Source: Bacteroidota bacterium (GTDB lineage Bacteria > Bacteroidota > Bacteroidia > UKL13-3). From it: a stretch of DNA of 53,654 nucleotides. A program made the translations under genes and the position numbers. Numbering within the stretch: the first letter of the stretch is position 1; every line of letters begins with the position of its first letter. The notes beneath the pieces were generated by a model. That model was given only the letters and a program-made list of their open reading frames with translations. It was not told the DNA's origin and made no database searches. Below, piece by piece: positions 1 through 6,792 of the stretch. The stretch lies in assembly GCA_947459075.1 (NCBI GenBank), contig CANHBJ010000002.1, positions 1 to 53,654 on the forward strand. The letters run 5' to 3'.

Positions 1-111
1 CACGCTGTGCCAAGTAAGACAGTTTATACCAATTCTTCACCTGCAAGTGGAGTTCAAAATAGAGATATAGAATATGCGGAAGAAGTTTGGAACTTTTTTA
101 AAGGAATTTAA
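1..111 (+). CDS. 3' end of an unidentified CDS (partial, continues upstream of the window)
   Basis: Frame +1 is open from the window edge to TAA at 109-111 (...DIEYAEEVWNFFKGI*). No start lies in the window. 36 aa is too short to assign a function. Confidence 0.4.
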   Translation, partial: HAVPSKTVYTNSSPASGVQNRDIEYAEEVWNFFKGI

Positions 112-117
112 TAAAAA

Positions 118-255
118 CAGCACACAACAGCGGTTTGGCAAAATGGCGGGTTCAGTGCAAAATTGAACATTTGGTTTTCAAATGAACATTAGTGCTAAAT
201 TGAAAGTAAGTGCTTCTAAATCCGCCACTTCGCCAAGCTGCAAAACGTTAGCGGT
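118..255 (+). repeat. attC-like imperfect palindromic repeat, copy A
   Basis: Left arm GGTTTGGCAAAATGGCGGGTTCAGTGC (132-158) and right arm CCGCCACTTCGCCAAGCTGCAAAACGTTAGCGGT (222-255) are imperfectly complementary to each other. By hand alignment they are ~82-85% identical to the arms of the copy at 1402-1500. The 63-nt centre is not conserved. The repeat starts 7 nt after the upstream stop codon. Confidence 0.7.
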
Positions 256-309
256 CATTGCGACACCCAAACCGACAAAAGATAACAAAACCTCAAGACT
301 ATTTGAAAA

Positions 310-1386
310 ATGAAAAAAATAATATTACTAACGCCAATATTTACTTTCCTGACAATTCTACTTTTGGGGACTGCCTGCAACAGCCCAGTTAAAAAAGACT
401 TACCAAAAGAAAAGGAACTTCCAACTGTTTTTAAAAGCTTGGGGAATTGCAATGTTTCACGTTTTATGAAGGACAAATCAGGTAACCTTTGGTTCGGAAC
501 AACAGATAATGGACTTTATAAGTATGATGGAAAATCGTTTAACCAATTTACAATAAACGATGGACTGGATTGTAATAAAATTTATTGCATCTTGGAAGAT
601 AAAGATGGTAAAATTTGGGTGGGAACTGAAGTGGGACTTTGTCTTTACAATGGAAAGACATTTTCCAAAATCCAGATTCCTTTACCCAAAAATCTGCCTC
701 CAAATAAGAACCCCTACTATCAAACCCATTGGGTGTACAATATGTTACAAGCAAAAGATGGAAAACTATGGTTTGTAACGATTGATGGTGTCTTTATTTA
801 CGATGGCAAATCCTTTACACATTTTCCAATGAATGAAGCCCCCAATGGCTTTTTGACCAGTAACGATAGGGTGGAACGCATATTAGAAGATAATAAAGGA
901 AATATTTGGTTAGGTAGTCGAACCAATGAAGGTGTTTTTCGTTACGATGGAAAATCTGTAACCAACCTCAAACCTATGGATTTGTTTCAAGACGGACCAA
1001 AACCAAAAGCCCATAATTGGGGTTGGCCTCAATTGCAAGACAAAAACGGAAATATTTGGTTCAGTAATTGGGGTGGGGCCTATCGGTTTGATGGAAATAC
1101 ATTTACAAGTTTTACAACAAAAGATGGTTTGCCAAGCGAAGTCACCCGAATTATAGAAGACAAAAAGGGAAATCTTTGGTTTGGTGCTATTGATGGTCTT
1201 AGACGTTACGATGGTAAAACTTTCACCTTTTTTAAAGATGGGCTAATCAATCCTTGGATTTGGGAAATTTTGGAAGATAAAAACGGTAATATTTGGGTGG
1301 GGACTAGAGAAAGTGGTTTATACTTTTTCGATGGAAAAACATTTATTAATTACACAGAATATGAGCATAAGCTTGGAACAGAATAA
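310..1386 (+). CDS. Secreted lipoprotein, 7-bladed beta-propeller built of two-component-regulator-propeller (Reg_prop)-like repeats
   Basis: Lipoprotein signal MKKIILLTPIFTFLTILLLGTAC. Seven repeats of G(N/K)(L/I)W(F/V/L)G..xGlxxYDGKxF, for example GNLWFGTTDNGLYKYDGKSF and GNIWVGTRESGLYFFDGKTF. No kinase or output domain. Confidence 0.8.
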   Translation: MKKIILLTPIFTFLTILLLGTACNSPVKKDLPKEKELPTVFKSLGNCNVSRFMKDKSGNLWFGTTDNGLYKYDGKSFNQFTINDGLDCNKIYCILEDKDGKIWVGTEVGLCLYNGKTFSKIQIPLPKNLPPNKNPYYQTHWVYNMLQAKDGKLWFVTIDGVFIYDGKSFTHFPMNEAPNGFLTSNDRVERILEDNKGNIWLGSRTNEGVFRYDGKSVTNLKPMDLFQDGPKPKAHNWGWPQLQDKNGNIWFSNWGGAYRFDGNTFTSFTTKDGLPSEVTRIIEDKKGNLWFGAIDGLRRYDGKTFTFFKDGLINPWIWEILEDKNGNIWVGTRESGLYFFDGKTFINYTEYEHKLGTE

Positions 1387-1401
1387 CAGAAAAAGCAACG
1401 A

Positions 1402-1500
1402 ACCGCTAACACGGGTTTGGCAAAAGTGGCGTTTCAGTGCTCTGCTGACATATTTGGGGTGAATATCGCCACCTTCGCCAAGCCCGAAAACGTTAGCAGT
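1402..1500 (+). repeat. attC-like imperfect palindromic repeat, copy B
   Basis: ACCGCTAACACGGGTTTGGCAAAAGTGGCGTTTCAGTGC (1402-1440) pairs with CGCCACCTTCGCCAAGCCCGAAAACGTTAGCAGT (1467-1500). The centre is 26 nt. Orientation is the same as copy A. The repeat starts 16 nt after the stop of the propeller gene. Confidence 0.7.
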
Positions 1501-1541
1501 AATGGTAATAAACATTTCGTTTCATTTTATATATTTGTGTT

Positions 1542-1832
1542 ATGACAAGTCTATCTGACATTAAAGAAATACTGAAAAGCCATAAAGTGCAACTTTCTTC
1601 AAAGTATGGATTGAATAATATTGCCATTTTTGGCAGCTATGGTCGTGGACAGCAGACTGCTAACAGTGACGTAGATATTCTTGTAGACTTTAAACAGCCA
1701 ATAGGAGTTGAATTTATCGACTTAGCTGACGAACTCGAAAGAATTCTTAAAATTAAGGTCGACTTAGTTTCAAAAAATGGAGTTAAACCGGACTATCTTA
1801 AATTAATAGAAACCGAACTGAATTATGTCTAA
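1542..1832 (+). CDS. mntA: MNT-family nucleotidyltransferase, type VII antitoxin (MntA-like)
   Basis: GSYGRGQQTANSDVDILVDF matches the GSxxRG...DxD minimal nucleotidyltransferase motif. The protein is 96 aa. Its stop overlaps the start of a DUF86/HEPN reading frame (ATGTCTAA). Confidence 0.85.
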   Translation: MTSLSDIKEILKSHKVQLSSKYGLNNIAIFGSYGRGQQTANSDVDILVDFKQPIGVEFIDLADELERILKIKVDLVSKNGVKPDYLKLIETELNYV

Positions 1833-2166
1833 ACGAGATCCTAAGCTACTTCTGTCAGACATACTCAATTCTGTAGAAAAAATAAAATCCTATACCGAGA
1901 GTCACACATTCGATACATTTATTTAAGACTCAAAAACCCTTGACGCAGTTATTCGGAATTTTGAAATAATTGGCGAGGCAGCCAATAGACTTCCAAAAGA
2001 TTTTAAAGACTCACACGAAAATATTAATTGGTTCAGAATTCGTGGATTCAGGAACCGAATTGTTCATGATTACATGGGTATTGACTTTCAAATTGTATGG
2101 ACAATCATCGATAAGGATCTTGACCAGCTTGCAAGTGACATCACAGCAATTGTTGAGACACTCTGA
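1825..2166 (+). pseudogene. hepT: HepT (DUF86/HEPN) toxin gene interrupted by an in-frame TAA at 1924-1926
   Basis: My own translation from ATG 1825 gives MSKRDPKLLLSDILNSVEKIKSYTESHTFDTFI*DSKTLDAVIRNFEIIGEAANRLPKDF...FRIRGFRNRIVHDYMGIDFQIVWTII...ETL*. The whole reading is a single frame. The HEPN RX4H motif (RNRIVH) is intact downstream of the stop. The 6-frame track misses this gene because both pieces are short or lack a start. Confidence 0.75.
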
Positions 2167-2167
2167 T

Positions 2168-2309
2168 ACCACTAACTATAACTTCTGCCTTGCATCATTG
2201 TCGTTAACCTAAATAAATTTCAGCATTTCATTTCGCATTTATATTTATCTTAGCAACACAATTTAACGTTACATTAGACAACAGCGCCAAGCACCAAAAA
2301 GTTAATCGC
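2168..2309 (+). repeat. attC-like repeat, copy C (degenerate)
   Basis: Begins ACCACTAAC (2168-2176), 2 nt after the hepT stop (compare ACCGCTAAC of copy B). Ends CAGCGCCAAGCACCAAAAAGTTAATCGC (2282-2309), which resembles the right arms CTTCGCCAAGC..AAAACGTTAGC of A and B. A second right-arm-like piece, CTTAGCAACACAATTTAACGTTACA, lies at 2249-2273. Internal complementarity is weaker than in A and B. Confidence 0.45.
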
Positions 2310-2327
2310 ATTATAAATAGTTATCAC

Positions 2328-2545
2328 ATGAAAGTAAAATCAATATTTGTAAGCGTTCCAAAACCAGCACCGTCTTTAACAAGTTGATCAAATTGTAAAA
2401 CTTGCCCTTGAAAACAGTGAAGTAAGATAACAACAAAGTGCAGACCACAGTTGGATGTATTACGATAGTTTTGAAGACCTTGACGGACACCAATGGGAAA
2501 TCATGTATACAAATACCAATCAAATCAAATCAAATCAAATACAAT
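2328..2545 (+). pseudogene. Remnant of a VOC (glyoxalase/bleomycin-resistance fold) family gene
   Basis: An N-terminal-like piece MKVKSIFVSVP starts at ATG 2328. A C-terminal piece in another frame reads VDQIVKLALENSEVR*QQSADHSWMYYDSFEDLDGHQWEIMY, matching the typical ..F.DLDGH.WE.. VOC C-terminus. The locus carries a frameshift, an in-frame TAA and roughly half the expected length. Confidence 0.55.
2521..2540. repeat. (CAAAT)4 pentanucleotide microsatellite
   Basis: Four perfect CAAAT units at 2521-2540, preceded by an imperfect CCAAT unit. The repeat ends 15 nt upstream of ATG 2555. Confidence 0.9.
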
Positions 2546-2554
2546 AATAAAATA

Positions 2555-2968
2555 ATGACACAAGATAAGATAACAGTTGGAGCTACAGTTGTAGGAGACA
2601 AGCAAAAGGTTTGGAACTATTACACTCAACCTGAACACATCACAAAATGGAATTTTGCCGACCCAAGCTGGCATTGTCCTAAAGCAACAAATGATTTAAT
2701 AATTGGTGGACGATATGTAGCAAGAATGGAAGCTAAAGACGGAAGTTTTGGTTTTGACTTTGAAGCTGTTTATACAGACATCCGCCAAGGTGAAGGTTTT
2801 ACCTATGAATTTGGCGGACGACAGGCAACTGTAGAGCTTAAAGAAACAAACGGACAAACAGAAGTAGCCATAACTTTTGACCCAGAAACAGAAAATCCAA
2901 TTGAATTGCAAAGAAACGGCTGGCAAGCAATCTTAGATAATTTTAAAAAATACACAGAGTCAAACTGA
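2555..2968 (+). CDS. SRPBCC / AHSA1 (activator of Hsp90 ATPase homolog-like) domain protein
   Basis: MTQDKITVGATVVGDKQKVWNYYTQPEHITKWNF...DGSFGFDFEAVYTDI...GWQAILDNFKKY is typical of small SRPBCC/AHSA1 proteins. I chose the internal ATG at 2555 because the upstream part of the track ORF reads through the VOC remnant. Confidence 0.75.
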   Translation: MTQDKITVGATVVGDKQKVWNYYTQPEHITKWNFADPSWHCPKATNDLIIGGRYVARMEAKDGSFGFDFEAVYTDIRQGEGFTYEFGGRQATVELKETNGQTEVAITFDPETENPIELQRNGWQAILDNFKKYTESN

Positions 2969-3043
2969 TAGACGTTAGAAAGTTGGCACTTAAATAATTT
3001 TAATACCAAAGATTAGAAAACTTTATTAACAAGAAAAATAAAG

Positions 3044-3081
3044 ACAAAAAAAATCCTGTTGGTATTGCACCAACAGGATTT
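3044..3081. terminator. Hairpin terminator between convergent genes
   Basis: Stem CCTGTTGG (3055-3062) / CCAACAGG (3070-3077) with a 7-nt loop. An A-run lies upstream, which is the U-run for the minus-strand DUF1569 transcript. Confidence 0.6.
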
Positions 3082-3114
3082 CAAGTTTTATATCACCACA
3101 AAAGCAAATAGTAT

Positions 3115-3573
3115 TTAAACACCAAATTGGTTTAAATGGTGATTCAGGTGTTTGTACATCATGTTGTTCCATTCGGTTTTATTTAACACCCCAAACGAAT
3201 GCGATTCTTTCCCTTCAAATGCAGATTCACCCATTTGCTGCACTTGATTGATGTAATTAATTAAGCGCATTTTTTCTTTTTCAAAATCACGTTCGTTGGT
3301 AATTAAAAATTGTGGTGAGGTAGGACCGCCTTGTTTATAAGGCTCCTCTCCTACAACCTTCCCTTTTATAAAAGTCCTAAGTACAAAACGCAATAAAAAA
3401 TTGGGCTTAGCATGTTTGTTATCAAAAATCATTTCGTAAGTAATGCAACAGTGCGCCAACATTTGGCTCACATTCATTTTGCCCCATAGTGCTGGTGTAT
3501 TTATGTTAAGCCTTTTTATTCTGCTTACCATATCTGCACAAACAGGTGCACTAAAAATATTGGGTAATGCCAT
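3115..3573 (-). CDS. DUF1569 (DinB-superfamily-like) protein
   Basis: 152 aa. WGKMNVSQMLAHCCITYEM...HSFGVLNKTEWNNMMYKHLNHHLNQFG resembles DUF1569 proteins common in Bacteroidota. Confidence 0.6.
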   Translation of the reverse strand: MALPNIFSAPVCADMVSRIKRLNINTPALWGKMNVSQMLAHCCITYEMIFDNKHAKPNFLLRFVLRTFIKGKVVGEEPYKQGGPTSPQFLITNERDFEKEKMRLINYINQVQQMGESAFEGKESHSFGVLNKTEWNNMMYKHLNHHLNQFGV

Positions 3574-3580
3574 GCTTAGT

Positions 3581-4462
3581 TTATGCTAAAGATGAAACCA
3601 TGGCTTCTTTATGAATTTTATTAACTAACCCTTGTAATACTTTACCAGGCCCACACTCAATAAACTCGCTGGCACCATCGCTTACCATGGCTTGTACACT
3701 TTGTGTCCATTTTACAGGTGCAGTTAATTGTGCAATTAAATTCGCTTTAATAGCAGCCACATCACGCACAGCACTAGCCGTTACATTTTGGTATACAGCA
3801 CAAATAGGTTCGCTAAAATGTGTTGCATGAATGGCAGCTTCCAATTCAACCCTGGCAGGTTCCATTAATGGAGAGTGAAATGCACCACCTACAGGTAAAA
3901 CCAATGCACGTTTTGCTCCTGCAGCTTTTAATAATTCGCAAGCAATGCTAACACCTTCTATACTTCCAGAAATAACCAATTGGCCCGGGCAATTGTAGTT
4001 AGCAGCAACCACTACTTCATCAGTAATGCTTGCGCAAATTTCTTCTACTTTGGCATCATCCAAACCCAACACAGCGGCCATGGTACTTGGTTTAATTTCG
4101 CAAGCTTTTTGCATCGCTAATGCACGTTTGTAAACCAATGTTAAACCATCTTCAAAACTTAATGTTTTATTGGCTACTAGGGCACTAAATTCACCCAGCG
4201 AATGTCCTGCAACCATATCAGGTGTAAAGGCATCTCCTGCAACCAACGCTTTAATAACCGAGTGTAAAAAAATAGCAGGTTGCGTTACACGTGTTTGTTT
4301 TAATTCTTCATCGGTTCCGCTAAACATAATATCTGTAATGCGGAAGCCTAAAATATCATTGGCTTTTTCAAACAAGGCTTTTGCTTGCTCATTGTTATCG
4401 TATAAATCTTTACCCATGCCCACAAACTGCGAACCTTGTCCAGGAAATAAATATGCTTTCAT
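3581..4462 (-). CDS. fabD: Malonyl-CoA:ACP transacylase
   Basis: MKAYLFPGQGSQFVGMG start, active-site GHSLGEFSAL, and a 293-aa length typical of FabD. Confidence 0.95.
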   Translation of the reverse strand: MKAYLFPGQGSQFVGMGKDLYDNNEQAKALFEKANDILGFRITDIMFSGTDEELKQTRVTQPAIFLHSVIKALVAGDAFTPDMVAGHSLGEFSALVANKTLSFEDGLTLVYKRALAMQKACEIKPSTMAAVLGLDDAKVEEICASITDEVVVAANYNCPGQLVISGSIEGVSIACELLKAAGAKRALVLPVGGAFHSPLMEPARVELEAAIHATHFSEPICAVYQNVTASAVRDVAAIKANLIAQLTAPVKWTQSVQAMVSDGASEFIECGPGKVLQGLVNKIHKEAMVSSLA

Positions 4463-4503
4463 AAAATTGAATTAATTAGTGCTGCAATTAATAAAAGAAT
4501 TGG

Positions 4504-4538
4504 CAAAAAAATAACCTGAGTTGTTCACCTCAGGTTAT
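4504..4538 (-). terminator. Rho-independent terminator of the lipoprotein gene
   Basis: Stem ATAACCTGAG (4511-4520) / CTCAGGTTAT (4529-4538). The A7 run at 4504-4510 gives a U-run on the minus strand. Confidence 0.7.
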
Positions 4539-4563
4539 TGATAATTACAAAAAATATATACTT

Positions 4564-5184
4564 TTAGTTAAATGCTTTAAGTGCTGTTAATGCTTTTGTT
4601 AAATCTATAATGCTAACCGTATGTTTACGTTTACCAATCCAAATATTACAATCTTTAGGTTGTTGGGTTAAACTTTTCTTTTCAAAACTTAATACAACAT
4701 CTGTGGTAATGGCATAATCTATATAGGCAACCTCACCAATAGCTGGCTTTAATGCATTGTAATCATTTTTTAAAGTTGGCCAAACCGACAAGAAAGCCAC
4801 AGCATTAGCGGCTGGTATATGAGTGAAAAATACATTTAAATCACCCATCTGACGAATGAAATCATTACCACGTACACGGCTGTATAAATCAGATACATCA
4901 AAATGATATAAACTGTCTTGTATATAAAATGATTTAGCCACTTTATGTGAACCTAAAACCAAATATTTTTCATTATTTGTTTTGTAGGCAATAAACTCAA
5001 CCTGCGCTTTGTTTGTGCTTTCAAAACCACGAAGCAACAATTTACTTTTTGAAGTGGCCGACTTACCTGCTTCATGCTTTTCTATTACATTTTTTAGATA
5101 GTAATCATACACATTAGTTGTACTCGAGCAAGCGCTAAGTAAAGCGGCTATGGCTATTATTCCAAACTTTGAAATTGCTTTCAT
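4564..5184 (-). CDS. Hypothetical lipoprotein
   Basis: Lipobox signal MKAISKFGIIAIAALLSAC. No family recognised. Confidence 0.7.
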   Translation of the reverse strand: MKAISKFGIIAIAALLSACSSTTNVYDYYLKNVIEKHEAGKSATSKSKLLLRGFESTNKAQVEFIAYKTNNEKYLVLGSHKVAKSFYIQDSLYHFDVSDLYSRVRGNDFIRQMGDLNVFFTHIPAANAVAFLSVWPTLKNDYNALKPAIGEVAYIDYAITTDVVLSFEKKSLTQQPKDCNIWIGKRKHTVSIIDLTKALTALKAFN

Positions 5185-5271
5185 TTAGGTTTATAATTTA
5201 GTTAAAAATCAAATATACGTGTTTTACACTCAAGTACAAGAATGCATAAAAAATAGATTACTGTTATTTGG

Positions 5272-5694
5272 CTATTCACCATAGTATTCCACAAACTGAC
5301 GTTCGGTTTCATACAACTTAATACAGTGCAATTTGCCATCTGTAATATGAGGTGCTAATTGTTCCCATATGGCTACCACCATGTTTTCTATAGAAGCCAT
5401 TTGACCTGTCATAAAATCTACATCATGATTGATATTACGGTGATCAACTTTATCAACTACATAGGTATTGATGATATCGCGTAGCTTTTTAAGATCCATT
5501 ACCATACCCGTATCTGGATTGGCAATACCTTTAATGGTTACATACATATCAAAATTATGCCCATGGTAATATTTGTTGGCACACTTGCCAAAAAAAGCCT
5601 CATTTTCAGCTTCAGACCAATTGGGATTATACAGCTTGTGCGCTGCATTAAAATGCACTTTACGAGTGATATAAACTGTTTTACTTTTTTGCAT
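5272..5694 (-). CDS. queD: 6-carboxy-5,6,7,8-tetrahydropterin synthase (PTPS family)
   Basis: VHFNAAHKL..., CANKYYHGHNF (C...HGH zinc/catalytic motif); 140 aa. Confidence 0.9.
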   Translation of the reverse strand: MQKSKTVYITRKVHFNAAHKLYNPNWSEAENEAFFGKCANKYYHGHNFDMYVTIKGIANPDTGMVMDLKKLRDIINTYVVDKVDHRNINHDVDFMTGQMASIENMVVAIWEQLAPHITDGKLHCIKLYETERQFVEYYGE

Positions 5695-5792
5695 GGTGCC
5701 TTAAAGAGGAGCAAATATACAAACCACTATTAATGATTGAAAAACATTTAAGTTAAAACTGCGAAATACTTAGGTTTTAGGTGTATTATCTT

Positions 5793-5800
5793 TATTTTTG
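5793..5800 (+). promoter_or_regulatory. Candidate Bacteroidota -7 box (TAnnTTTG)
   Basis: TATTTTTG lies 20 nt upstream of the hldD ATG. There is no well-spaced TTTG -33 element, so this is a motif match only. Confidence 0.25.
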
Positions 5801-5820
5801 AGCAAAATACGTATAAATTT

Positions 5821-6786
5821 ATGATAATTATAACGGGAGCGGAAGGGTTTATTGGCAGTTGTTTAGTTGCCGCCTTAAACCATGCTGGATATAACGATTT
5901 AGTTTTAGTTGACGATTTTGGAATGCCCATCAGGGAAGATAATTTAACTGGTAAAACATACACTACAAAAGTAAATCGTGCAGATTTGGGTGCATGGATT
6001 GATGAAAACCATAGTTTAATTCAGTTTATTTTTCATATTGGGGCACGCACAGACACTACCGAAACCAATAATGCCATTTTAAAGGAGCTTAATTTAGATT
6101 ATTCCAAAATGTTGTGGGAAAAATGCGTAGCGTTTGGCTTACCAATTGTTTATGCTTCGTCAGCTGCTACTTATGGTGATGGTGAACATGGCTATGATGA
6201 CGATGAATCCAAATTGGATTTATTGCAACCACTTAATTTATACGGACACTCAAAAAACGACTTTGATAAATGGGCTATTGCACAAGATAAAAAACCATAC
6301 TTCTGGACTGGACTTAAGTTTTTTAATGTGTACGGACCTAATGAATACCATAAAGGAAGAATGGCAAGCGTGGTGCTGCATGCCTTTAATCAAATACATC
6401 AAACAGGAGAAGTAAAATTATTTAAATCGCATAACCCCAACTACCCGGATGGCGGACAGTTACGCGACTTCATATACGTAAAAGATGTTACTGATGTTTG
6501 TTTGTTTCTAATGACCCACAGAAAACATAGTGGTATCTATAATTTAGGCAGTGGCAAGGCACGCACATTTAATAATTTAGTTGAGGCTATTTTTTCAGCT
6601 CTAAATAAAACACCAAACATCTCCTTTATAGATACGCCAATTGATATTAGAGATAAATACCAATATTTTACGGAAGCCAATATGGCCAAACTAAAATCTA
6701 TTGGATATACCACAAATTTCACCAGTATAGAAGAAGGTGTTACTGATTACGTGAAAAACTATTTGATTCCTAACACAAGGATTTAA
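5821..6786 (+). CDS. hldD: ADP-L-glycero-D-manno-heptose 6-epimerase
   Basis: MIIITGAEGFIGS Rossmann motif, YGHSKNDFDK (YxxxK), and overall HldD/RfaD-like sequence; 321 aa. Confidence 0.85.
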   Translation: MIIITGAEGFIGSCLVAALNHAGYNDLVLVDDFGMPIREDNLTGKTYTTKVNRADLGAWIDENHSLIQFIFHIGARTDTTETNNAILKELNLDYSKMLWEKCVAFGLPIVYASSAATYGDGEHGYDDDESKLDLLQPLNLYGHSKNDFDKWAIAQDKKPYFWTGLKFFNVYGPNEYHKGRMASVVLHAFNQIHQTGEVKLFKSHNPNYPDGGQLRDFIYVKDVTDVCLFLMTHRKHSGIYNLGSGKARTFNNLVEAIFSALNKTPNISFIDTPIDIRDKYQYFTEANMAKLKSIGYTTNFTSIEEGVTDYVKNYLIPNTRI

Positions 6787-6792
6787 ACCCTA

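Noticed and set aside
1970-2212. 80-aa ORF from the track
   Set aside because: It is out of frame relative to the clearly recognisable HepT/DUF86 reading frame (1825-2166), which covers the same DNA. It is a shadow ORF.
2438-2554. N-terminal 39-aa extension of the SRPBCC ORF
   Set aside because: The extension reads through the VOC pseudogene tail and the CAAAT microsatellite in a frame with no family similarity. The ATG at 2555 gives a typical SRPBCC N-terminus.
2969-3043. Possible fourth attC-like repeat after the SRPBCC gene (ACGTTAGAAAGTTGGCAC...)
   Set aside because: It has only short word matches (GTTAGA, AGTTGGCAC) to the repeat arms. I could find no complementary partner arm and no conserved CGCCAAGC box.
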